Assembly (NCBI GenBank): GCA_963775425.1
Contig: CAVZJB010000011.1
Location: forward strand, 864,001 to 928,000
Direction of reading: 5' to 3'
DNA: 64,000 bases
Source of the DNA: an uncultured delta proteobacterium
Lineage (GTDB): Bacteria > Myxococcota > UBA727 > VGSZ01
Positions 52,444 through 62,141 of this stretch are shown here, one piece after another. Positions within the stretch are counted from its first letter, which is position 1. Each line of letters begins with the position of its first letter. The position numbers were made by a program, and so were the translations under genes. The notes under the pieces were generated by a model. That model saw nothing but the letters and a program-made list of their open reading frames with translations. It did no database searches and was not told the DNA's origin.

Positions 52444-52459
52444 TGACAGACCTGTGACG
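52444..52459 (+). promoter_or_regulatory. TGACA-N6-TGACG direct repeat, candidate HemR-like box
   Basis: TGACA gacctg TGACG in the short divergent hemD/hemE intergenic region. Confidence 0.55.
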
Positions 52460-52491
52460 CGTTGCCCCTCGGGCGAGGGCATCGTAGTCCC

Positions 52492-53613
52492 ATGGAACCC
52501 ATGGCACCCGGTCCTGCGACGCCCCCGAGCGGCATGAAGCCGCGCCAACGCTTCCTCGCGGCCTTCGACGGCGAGCCCGTCGACCGGCCCCCCGTGTGGT
52601 TGATGCGGCAGGCGGGCCGCTACCTCCCCGGCTACCGCGCGGTGCGCAGCCAGCACGGCTTCTGGGACGTGTGCAAGACGCCGGAGCTGTCGACGAAGGT
52701 CGCGCTCGAGCCCATGGGCCTGTTCCCGCTCGACGCCGCCATCGTCTTCTCCGACATCCTCGTGGTCCCGGAGGCCATGGGGCTCGACGTCACCTTCGGC
52801 AAGGGCATGGGGCCGCAGGTGGGCCGGCCGCTGCGCACCGACGACGACTTCGACAGGTGGGACCTCACGGGCATCCAGGAGCGGCTCTCGTACGTCTCGA
52901 ACGCCGCGCGCCACCTGCGCGAGCACCTCGGCGAGGACCACGCCATCCTCGGCTTCGCGGGCGCCCCGTGGACCCTGTTCTGCTACATCGTCGAGGGCAG
53001 CGGCAGCGACGACTTCAAGCTCCCGCGCGCCATGCTCCACCAAAACCCGGAGCTCGCGAAAAAGGCGCTCGCCTGTATCGCCGACGTCGTCGCCGACCTG
53101 CTGTTGCGCGAGATCGAGGCCGGCGTCGACGCCATCCAGCTCTTCGACACCTGGGGCGGCCTGTTGCCGCGCGAGGAGTACGCGGCCTTTTGCATCCCGG
53201 CCATTCGCCGCATCACCGATCGCCTGCGGGAGGCCCGCAAGGCCGCCGGCCCCAGGAGCGCGTACGGGCGCTCGCTGTTGTTCGTGAAGGGCGGCCACCA
53301 CCTCCTGCCCATCCTCGGCGACGCCGGCTCCGACGGGCTCTCGCTCGACTGGCGCACGCCCTGGCGCGAGGCGCGGGCGCTGCACCCGAAGATCGCGCTC
53401 CAGGGCAACGTCGACCCCGTGCTGCTCTTCGCCGGCGACGACGCCGTCCGCGCCCGCACCCGCGCGCTCCTCGCCGACATGCGCGCCGACGACGACGGCC
53501 GCCGCTGCATCGTCAACCTCGGGCACGGCATCCTCCCGGGCACGCCGCAGAGCGCCGTCGCCGCGCTCGTCGACGAGGTGGTCCACGGCGCGCGCCCCGA
53601 GGACGCTCGATGA
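52492..53613 (+). CDS. hemE: Uroporphyrinogen decarboxylase
   Basis: PVWLMRQAGRYLP, FSDIL, GFAGAPWT, QGNVDP, NLGHG. Confidence 0.97.
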   Translation: MEPMAPGPATPPSGMKPRQRFLAAFDGEPVDRPPVWLMRQAGRYLPGYRAVRSQHGFWDVCKTPELSTKVALEPMGLFPLDAAIVFSDILVVPEAMGLDVTFGKGMGPQVGRPLRTDDDFDRWDLTGIQERLSYVSNAARHLREHLGEDHAILGFAGAPWTLFCYIVEGSGSDDFKLPRAMLHQNPELAKKALACIADVVADLLLREIEAGVDAIQLFDTWGGLLPREEYAAFCIPAIRRITDRLREARKAAGPRSAYGRSLLFVKGGHHLLPILGDAGSDGLSLDWRTPWREARALHPKIALQGNVDPVLLFAGDDAVRARTRALLADMRADDDGRRCIVNLGHGILPGTPQSAVAALVDEVVHGARPEDAR

Positions 53614-54731
53614 GCGAGGCCGCCGACAAGAAGGGCCACGCGCCGCTCTGCGTCGTCGGCGCCAGCTACCGCGAGGCGTCCACCGACGTGCGCGCGCGGC
53701 TCGCGGCTCTCGAGAAGGGCGACGACGCCCCGTCCAAGGCGCTCGTCGCGGCCGGCTACGCCGACGGCGTCGTCATGCTCGAGACGTGCTCGCGGGTCGA
53801 GTGGGTCGTGTCGTCGCAGAAGCCGCGCTGGGCCGAGGAGATCCTGCGCTCCACGCTGTTGTTGCGCGTGCCCGACGCGCGCCTGCACGCCAAGGCGGGC
53901 CACGCCGGCGCGCACTACTTGCTGCGGCTCGCCATGGGGCTCGACTCCGTCGCCGAGGGCGAGCCCGCCGTCGGCCGCCAGCTCGTGCTCGCGTTCGAGC
54001 GCGCGCACAAGGACGGCTCCGCCGACCGCGCGCTGCGGCTCGCCTGGCGCACCGTCCAACAGCTCCTCGGCGAGCGACGCCGGCGCGGCGTGGTGCAGCG
54101 CGGGCTCGGTGTGCAGTCCCTCGTCATCGAGGAGCTCCGCTCGCAAAACGTCGCCCCCGGCGCGCCCATCGGCGTCCTCGGCCTCGGCGACATCGGCAAG
54201 GCCGTCGTCGGCGCGCTCAAGGAGGCCGGCTTCGAAAACGTCGAGGGCCACCGCCGCGCCACCATGGCCGAGCTCATGAGGCTCGCCGGCACCGCCCACG
54301 CCGTCGTCGTGTGCACCGGCGGCCCGGCGCCGTTCGTGGAGCTCCCGGAGCGCAGCCGCGCCGCGGGCGAGCGGCGTCCCGTGTCGATAGACATCGGCGT
54401 GCCCGAGCAGATCAAGCACGCGCCCGGGTGGACCCGCGTCACCCTCGAGCAGCTTTTGGAGCAGCCGCGCCGCCTCCTCGACGACGACACGCGCGCGTGG
54501 CTCGTCGATCAGGTCGGGCTGTTCGCCGACAAGCTCACCAAGGACCTCGCCGACCCGCCGCCGGCCACCGCGCTCAGCGTGATCGACGAGGAGCGCCGCG
54601 TCTTCCTGCGTGAGGTCCTGCCGCCGCTTCTCGAGAAGCTGCCGCAAGAGCAGGCGGAGGAGCTGCGCCGCGCGTGCGCGGCGTTCGCGCACACGCTCAT
54701 GGAGCGGGTGCGGGAGGGAGGAGCGGCATGA
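53610..54731 (+). CDS. hemA: Divergent glutamyl-tRNA reductase
   Basis: ETCSRVE (cf. TCNRxE), GLDS..EGE, GLGDIG, IDIGVP; lies between hemE and hemC. Confidence 0.75.
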   Translation: MSEAADKKGHAPLCVVGASYREASTDVRARLAALEKGDDAPSKALVAAGYADGVVMLETCSRVEWVVSSQKPRWAEEILRSTLLLRVPDARLHAKAGHAGAHYLLRLAMGLDSVAEGEPAVGRQLVLAFERAHKDGSADRALRLAWRTVQQLLGERRRRGVVQRGLGVQSLVIEELRSQNVAPGAPIGVLGLGDIGKAVVGALKEAGFENVEGHRRATMAELMRLAGTAHAVVVCTGGPAPFVELPERSRAAGERRPVSIDIGVPEQIKHAPGWTRVTLEQLLEQPRRLLDDDTRAWLVDQVGLFADKLTKDLADPPPATALSVIDEERRVFLREVLPPLLEKLPQEQAEELRRACAAFAHTLMERVREGGAA

Positions 54732-55705
54732 CGTCGTCATCGAGCGCACCGGGGGCCGGCCGCTTCACCGTAGGCACGCGGGGGAGCGCCCTCGCCCGCT
54801 GGCAGACCGACCACGTGAGCACACGGTTGCGCGCCGCCCGCGCCGCGGCCGGGCTGCCGGCTGTCGACGTCGAGGTCCGGGTCATCACCACGTCGGGCGA
54901 CGTCAGCAAAGCCGAGCGCCTCGCCGGCACCATGGAGAAGGGCTTCTTCACCGCCGAGCTCGAGGCCGCGCTCAGGAGCGGGGAGATCGACTGGGCCGTG
55001 CACTCGCTCAAGGACCTGCCCACGCGCCTGGCCGACGACCTCGACGTCGTCGCCGTGCTCGAGCGCGCGCCGCCCACGGATTTGTTGATCATGGACCCGG
55101 CGTTCTTCGTCGACAACGGCTGGCTCCTGTTGCCGCTCAAGGACGGGGCGCGGGTGGGGACGTCGTCGCTGCGGCGCGACGCCATGCTGCGCACGCACGC
55201 GCCGGGTTGCACCTCGCAGCCGCTCCGCGGCAACGTGCCCACGCGCGTCGAGAAGCTGCGCCGCCACGACTACGACGCCATCGTGCTCGCGCGCGCCGGC
55301 GTCGAGCGCCTCGGCCTGTCGTTCGACGGCTTGAAGGTCATCGAGCTCGACGCGCGCGCGTGGCCGCCGGCGCCGGGGCAGGGGGCGGTGGCCGTGGAGG
55401 GGCGCAAGGACGACGCGCGCATCCGCGAGCTGCTCGCGCCCCTCGACCACCAGGAGACGCGGCGGGCCGCCGAGCTCGAGCGCGGGTTCCTGCGCGTGCT
55501 CGAGGGCGGCTGCTCCACGCCGTTCGGCTGCTTCGTCGACGAGGACGACGCCTACGCCGGCCGCGACCTCGATGGCACCTGGGTGAGCGCCACGGTGCAC
55601 CTGCCCGAGACCATCGACGACGCCTTCATCCAAAGAGCACTCGACAACTTGAAGAGAGATCCGGAGAGAACCGATGACCACCACAAGCTCTGGCGCCCCC
55701 TCTAA
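54728..55705 (+). CDS. hemC: Hydroxymethylbilane synthase
   Basis: GTRGSALARWQ, VHSLKDLP, GTSSLRR, RGNV, LEGGC. Confidence 0.96.
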   Translation: MTSSSSAPGAGRFTVGTRGSALARWQTDHVSTRLRAARAAAGLPAVDVEVRVITTSGDVSKAERLAGTMEKGFFTAELEAALRSGEIDWAVHSLKDLPTRLADDLDVVAVLERAPPTDLLIMDPAFFVDNGWLLLPLKDGARVGTSSLRRDAMLRTHAPGCTSQPLRGNVPTRVEKLRRHDYDAIVLARAGVERLGLSFDGLKVIELDARAWPPAPGQGAVAVEGRKDDARIRELLAPLDHQETRRAAELERGFLRVLEGGCSTPFGCFVDEDDAYAGRDLDGTWVSATVHLPETIDDAFIQRALDNLKRDPERTDDHHKLWRPL

Positions 55706-56975
55706 CGCCCGCCCGGAGACGCGGTCCAAGGAGCTCTTCGCGCGCGCGCAGAAGCTCATCCCGGGCGGCGTCTCGAGCCCCGTGCGCGCCTTCCGCCACG
55801 TCGGCGGCGACCCCGTGTTCATCAAGAGCGGCAAGGGCTCGGTCATCGAGGACGAGGACGGCAACAGCTACGTCGACTTCTGCCTCGCCTGGGGCCCGCT
55901 CATCCTCGGGCACGCCCACCCCGCCGTCGTCGAGGCCACCGGAAAGGCGCTCAAGGACGGCTTCATGTTCGGCGCGTGCCACCGCTTCGAGGCGCAGCTC
56001 GCCGAGCGCGTGCTCGAGGCGTTCCCCTACGCCGACCGCGCCCGCTTCGTCGTCAGCGGCACCGAGGCCGTGCTCACGGCGGTGCGGCTCGCGCGCGCGC
56101 ACACCAACCGGCGGCTGCTGGTGAAGTTCTCCGGTTGCTACCACGGCCACGTCGACGCCCTGCTGGTCAAGGCCGGCAGCGGCGTCGCCACGCTCGGCCT
56201 CGCCGAGAGCGCGGGCGTCACCGAGGGCACGGCGCACGACACCGTGGTGCTGCCGCTCGGCGACGAGGAGGCCTTGCGTCAATGCTTCCAGAAGTACGGA
56301 AGCGAGGTCGCCGCCTGCATCCTCGAGCCGCTGCCCGCCAACAACGGACTGCTGCCGCAGCCGGGCTCCTGGCTCAAGCTCATCCGCGACCTCACCTCGG
56401 AGCACGGGGCGCTGTTGATCTTCGACGAGGTCATCACCGGCTTCCGCTTCGGCTACCACGGCGTGGCCAAGGTGAGCGGCGTCGACGTGGAGCCCGACCT
56501 CACCACGCTCGGCAAGATCATCGGCGGCGGCATGCCCGTGGGCGGCGTCGTCGGGCGCCGCGCCATCCTGGAGCGCCTCGCGCCGCTCGGCCGCGTGTAT
56601 CAGGCGGGCACCATGGCGGGGAACCCGGTGGCGCTCGCCGCCGGCATCGCGACCCTCGACGAGCTGAAGAAGGGCGACGCGCACAAGCTCATCGCCGGCC
56701 TCGGCGCTCGCCTCGAAGAGGGCCTCAAGCACAAGAAGATCCCCGTGCAGCGCATGGGCGGCGTCTTCTGGATCTACCTCGACGACACCGCTCCCATCCC
56801 GCACGCCGCGGAGGCCATCACCGACAAGGCGGTGGAGGCGTACCGCGCGCGCTACCGCGGCTGGCTCGACAAGGGCGTGTACCTGCCGCCGTCGGCGTAC
56901 GAGGTCGGCTTCCTGTCGAGCGCCCACGACAACGAAGACGTCGACAAGCTCGTCGCCGCCGTGGCCGGGGGCTGA
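55674..56975 (+). CDS. hemL: Glutamate-1-semialdehyde 2,1-aminomutase
   Basis: PGGVSSPVRAF, SGTEA, YHGH, FDEVITGFR, GKIIGGG, YQAGT. Confidence 0.97.
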   Translation: MTTTSSGAPSNARPETRSKELFARAQKLIPGGVSSPVRAFRHVGGDPVFIKSGKGSVIEDEDGNSYVDFCLAWGPLILGHAHPAVVEATGKALKDGFMFGACHRFEAQLAERVLEAFPYADRARFVVSGTEAVLTAVRLARAHTNRRLLVKFSGCYHGHVDALLVKAGSGVATLGLAESAGVTEGTAHDTVVLPLGDEEALRQCFQKYGSEVAACILEPLPANNGLLPQPGSWLKLIRDLTSEHGALLIFDEVITGFRFGYHGVAKVSGVDVEPDLTTLGKIIGGGMPVGGVVGRRAILERLAPLGRVYQAGTMAGNPVALAAGIATLDELKKGDAHKLIAGLGARLEEGLKHKKIPVQRMGGVFWIYLDDTAPIPHAAEAITDKAVEAYRARYRGWLDKGVYLPPSAYEVGFLSSAHDNEDVDKLVAAVAGG

Positions 56976-57015
56976 GGGCCTCGATGCGCGCGGGACGCTT
57001 CACGAGGTCCGCCCC

Positions 57016-58066
<1,051 letters not shown>

Positions 58067-58077
<11 letters not shown>

Positions 58078-58813
58078 GCGGTCGGGGGCCGGGGCGGCGC
58101 TGAAGCGCATCCTCGTCATCGAGGACGAGCCGCTCGTGCGCGACCTCGTGGCGCTCAACCTGTCGCACGCCGGCTACGACGTGAGCACGGCCACCACGTT
58201 CAGCGAAGGGTTCACGGCCATCACCGCCAGCCTCTTCGACGTCGCCATCGTCGACGTCATGCTCCCCGGCGGCGACGGGATGGAGCTCGTGCGCAAGGCG
58301 CGCGAAGCCGGCGTGCGCTGCCCCATCCTCATCCTCACGGCGCGCAACGAGACCACCGCCAAGGTGCGCGGGCTCGACGTCGGCGCCGACGATTACGTCA
58401 CCAAGCCCTTCGACGTGCCCGAGCTCCTCGCCCGCGTGCGCGCGCTGCTGCGCCGCGTGGGCGCGCCGGCGACGCCCTCGGCCAGGGCGCCGCAGGTGGC
58501 GTTCGACAAGTACTGGCTGCGCTTCGACAGCGGGCGGGCGATGACCAACGAGGGCGAGGTCACGCTCTCAGACAAGGAGCTGCGCCTGATGGAGCAGCTC
58601 ATCTCGCACGAAAACCGCGTCCTCAGCCGCGCCAATCTCCTCGAGGAGGTCTGGGGCATGGACGCGTTCCCCACCGACCGCACCATCGACAACTTCATCC
58701 TCCGCCTGCGCCGGCTGTTCGAGCCCGACCCGGAGAACCCCGTGCACCTCCTCACCGTGCGAGGCCGCGGCTACATGTTCCGCTCCTCGAGCGAACCGGA
58801 AGATCCCCGATGA
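58067..58813 (+). CDS. OmpR/PhoB-family response regulator (HemR-like)
   Basis: IEDE, DVMLPG, GADDYVTKPF, RTIDNFILRLR, VRGRGY. Confidence 0.95.
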
Positions 58814-60072
58814 CCACCGACGACCCCGCGCCCGCCCCTCCGAAGCCGACGCCCGCGCCGTCGCCGCCGGCCTCGTCGAGGCCGCCGCCCGCGGCGTCGC
58901 CGTCCGCGAAGCCGGCGCAGGCCAGGCCCGCGTCGAAGCCGGCGCCGGCGTCGAAGTCCGCGCTCCCCGTGCTGAAGGCGCACAAGGCGGCGGTCATCCT
59001 CATCAACGTCGGCACCCCCGACGCCCCGACCACGGCCGCGGTGCGGCAGTACCTCGACGAGTTCCTCGGGGACCCGCGCGTGCTCGACACCTCGGCGCTG
59101 TCGCGATGGTTCCTGTTGAACCTCGTCATCCTGCCGTTTCGCTCGCCCAAGAGCGCCAAGCAGTACGCGTCCATCTGGGACAACCGCGGCTCACCGCTGT
59201 TGTTCCACACCACCGATCTCGCGGAGAAGCTGCGCGCGCGCCTGCCCGGCGTCGACGTCATCGTGGGCATGCGCTACGGCAACCCGTCGCTCAAGGGCGC
59301 GCTCGAGCAGGCGGCGCAGGCGGGGGCGAGCCGCATCGTCCTCGCGCCCATGTTCCCGCAGTACGCCTCGGCCAGCACCGGCACCGCCCTCGAGCTCGCC
59401 TACGGCGTCCTCGGCAAGCTGCCGCGCGTCCCCGACGTCAGCGTGGTGCCGCCGTTCTTCGACGACGCCGGCTTCCTCGACAGCGTGGCCGCCACCGTCC
59501 GCGAGTCCCTCACTTCTACGACTGCGGAAATGACAAAGGCAGGCGTCGGCCGCAAGGAGATCGGGGCGGCCATCGACAAGCGGGTCGACCACGTCCTGTT
59601 CAGCTACCACGGCCTCCCGCTGCACCAGGTGCAGGCCGTCCACCCCACCTGTCAGGGGAACGAGGACTGCTGCGCCGCGCTCGGCCCGCAAAACGCCTCC
59701 TGCTACCGGGCGCAGTGCATGTCCACCACGCGCGCGCTCGTCGCCCGGCTCGGCATCACCAGGTTCTCGACGAGCTTCCAGTCCCGGCTCGGCCGCGCGG
59801 TGTGGCTCCTGCCCAACACCGAGCGCGTCCTCGCGGAGCTCGCCGAGGGCGGCGTCAAGCGCCTGGCCGTGGTCTGCCCGTCGTTCGTCGCCGACTGCCT
59901 CGAGACCGTCGAGGAGATCGGCGTTCGCGCGCGAAAGACCTTCACCGAAGCCGGCGGCACCGAGCTCCACTTCATCCCCTGCGTGAACGCGCGCGAGGAC
60001 TTCGCCGACGCCGTCAGCGCCATGGTGAACCGCGCGCTCGGCGCGCCCGTGGGGGACGGGGGGGCGGCATGA
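58810..60072 (+). CDS. hemH: Ferrochelatase with an internal Cys cluster
   Basis: [36 protein letters not shown]. Confidence 0.96.
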   Translation: MTTDDPAPAPPKPTPAPSPPASSRPPPAASPSAKPAQARPASKPAPASKSALPVLKAHKAAVILINVGTPDAPTTAAVRQYLDEFLGDPRVLDTSALSRWFLLNLVILPFRSPKSAKQYASIWDNRGSPLLFHTTDLAEKLRARLPGVDVIVGMRYGNPSLKGALEQAAQAGASRIVLAPMFPQYASASTGTALELAYGVLGKLPRVPDVSVVPPFFDDAGFLDSVAATVRESLTSTTAEMTKAGVGRKEIGAAIDKRVDHVLFSYHGLPLHQVQAVHPTCQGNEDCCAALGPQNASCYRAQCMSTTRALVARLGITRFSTSFQSRLGRAVWLLPNTERVLAELAEGGVKRLAVVCPSFVADCLETVEEIGVRARKTFTEAGGTELHFIPCVNAREDFADAVSAMVNRALGAPVGDGGAA

Positions 60073-60082
60073 GGAGACGGCG

Positions 60083-60994
60083 ATGACGACGACGACGGAG
60101 ACGCGCGACTACCTGCGGGGTCTTCAGGACCGGATCATCGGGGCGCTCGAGCGCGTCGACAAAAAGAGCTTTCGGCGCGACGCGTGGAAGAAGGAGCCGG
60201 GCGCCAAGCTCGGCGGCGAGGGCCTCACCTGCGTGCTCGAGGGCGGCAACGTCTTCGAGCGCGCCGGCGTCAGCTTCAGTCACGTCGAGGGTGCGGCGCT
60301 GCCGCCGGCGGCGACGGCGCGCCACCCGGAGCTCGCGGGGCGGCCCTTCACGGCCATGGGCGTCTCCATCGTCATCCACCCGCACAACCCGTACGTGCCC
60401 ACGAGCCACATGAACGTCCGCTCCCTCTCGACCGCGGCGCCGTCGTCCGGCGAGGGACGAGCGGTGAGCTGGAACGGCGGCGGCTTCGACCTCACGCCCT
60501 ACTACCCGTTCCACGACGACGTCATTCACTGGCACACGGTGGCCAAGCGCGCCTGCGACCCGTTCGGCGCAGAGCTCTACGCGCAGATGAAGGCGCGCTG
60601 CGACGAGTACTTCTTCCTCAAGCACCGCGACGAGTGCCGCGGCGTCGGCGGCCTCTTCTTCGACGACCTCGAGGACGGCTTCGCCGTGATGAAGAGCGTG
60701 GGCGACGCGTTCGTCGACGCGTACGTGCCCATCGTCGACAAGCGCAAGGACACGTCGTTCGGCGAGCGCGAGCGCGCTTTCCAGCTCTACCGGCGCGGGC
60801 GCTACGTGGAGTTCAACCTCGTCCTCGACCGCGGCACGCACTTCGGGCTGCAGTCGGGCGGGCGCACCGAGTCCATCCTGACGTCGATGCCGCCGCTGGC
60901 GTCGTGGCGCTACGACTTCCGACCCGAGGAGGGCTCGCCCGAAGCGCGCCTCGCCGACTACCTCAAGCCGCGCAACTGGCTCGCGGCAGGGTGA
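60083..60994 (+). CDS. hemF: Oxygen-dependent coproporphyrinogen III oxidase
   Basis: [39 protein letters not shown]. Confidence 0.97.
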   Translation: MTTTTETRDYLRGLQDRIIGALERVDKKSFRRDAWKKEPGAKLGGEGLTCVLEGGNVFERAGVSFSHVEGAALPPAATARHPELAGRPFTAMGVSIVIHPHNPYVPTSHMNVRSLSTAAPSSGEGRAVSWNGGGFDLTPYYPFHDDVIHWHTVAKRACDPFGAELYAQMKARCDEYFFLKHRDECRGVGGLFFDDLEDGFAVMKSVGDAFVDAYVPIVDKRKDTSFGERERAFQLYRRGRYVEFNLVLDRGTHFGLQSGGRTESILTSMPPLASWRYDFRPEEGSPEARLADYLKPRNWLAAG

Positions 60995-61001
60995 TTCTCG
61001 C

Positions 61002-62132
61002 ATGGCTCCCGCGCACGACCCGATGGCATCGCTCGAGGCGCTCCTGGCCGCCGCCGCCCGGGGTGAGCCGGTGAGCGGCGACGTCGTGCGCTTCCTGCGG
61101 CCCGACGGCGTCATGGGCGCGCTCGTGCAGATGCCGCTCACCGAGGTGCTCCAGAACATGGACTTCGCCAAGAAGTCCGGGCGCGTCGACGTGTGGCTCG
61201 AAGGGGTGCAGGGCACCGTGCGGGTGCACGACGGGCAGATCGTGCACGCGGTGGCCACGACGCACGAGGGAACCGTCGAGGGTGAGACCGCGGTCCTCGA
61301 GCTGTGCCGAGAGGCCGACGGCTACTTCAGCATCCGGTACGTCCGCGACGACGTCGATCAGAACGTGCATCGGCCCACCACCTTCGTGTTGCTCGAGGCG
61401 TTGCGGGTCATCGACGAGGCGCGCGCCAGGGCCGTGCCCGCGGCCATCGACCTCGGCGGCGGCGGTCCCCCGCTCGACGTCGGCGCCATCGACGTCGCCG
61501 TCCGCGACGTGTTCCCGCCGTTCTTGCAGGAGGACGACCAGGCGAGCCCGTGGGACGAGCCGAGCGCGAGCCTCGACATCGAGGTCGCCACCGCCGAGCC
61601 GCTCGAGGACTTCGATGCAGGCCCCGACAAGAGCCTCGTCGACCTCATCGCGGAGTCCGAGCTCCTCGTCGCCGCCGGCGACCTCGATCGCGCGCGCCGC
61701 GTGCTCTCGCGGGCGCAGGGCCTCGCGCCCGAGAACGACGACGTGCGACGCAGGCTGCTGCGCGTCAAGGAGTCCATCGACGCGGCCCACGCAAACGCGC
61801 TCATCGAGCAGGCCATGCGCGGCGGGCCCAGGGCGGTGGAGCTCGCTCGGCGCGCCACCCAGCTCCGCCCCGTGCGCGACGTGCTCCTGCGCTCGCTCGC
61901 CGTGTTCGCCCGCGGCGGCGCCCACGACGAGGTCGCCGACGTCGCGGAGCAGTTGCTCGAGCTCGACCCGGACGACGTCGGCGCCTTGCGTACGCTCCTC
62001 GACGCCAACGTCGCGATGAAGCGTTGGGCCGTGGCGCTCCGGGCCGCGGAGGCGCTGCTCAAGGCGCGCCCGCAGGACGAGCAGTTGCGCGCGACATACC
62101 AGCGCGTGCTCGAGCTCTCCGGCCGCACCTGA
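61002..62132 (+). CDS. DUF4388 + TPR protein
   Basis: MPLTEVLQ...KSG...G.I.HA (DUF4388), LLEALR; C-terminal TPRs. Confidence 0.8.
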   Translation: MAPAHDPMASLEALLAAAARGEPVSGDVVRFLRPDGVMGALVQMPLTEVLQNMDFAKKSGRVDVWLEGVQGTVRVHDGQIVHAVATTHEGTVEGETAVLELCREADGYFSIRYVRDDVDQNVHRPTTFVLLEALRVIDEARARAVPAAIDLGGGGPPLDVGAIDVAVRDVFPPFLQEDDQASPWDEPSASLDIEVATAEPLEDFDAGPDKSLVDLIAESELLVAAGDLDRARRVLSRAQGLAPENDDVRRRLLRVKESIDAAHANALIEQAMRGGPRAVELARRATQLRPVRDVLLRSLAVFARGGAHDEVADVAEQLLELDPDDVGALRTLLDANVAMKRWAVALRAAEALLKARPQDEQLRATYQRVLELSGRT

Positions 62133-62141
62133 GCGCGCCGC

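Noticed and set aside
52414-52447. Sigma70 promoter TTGACG...TATGAC
   Set aside because: The 22-bp spacer is too long.
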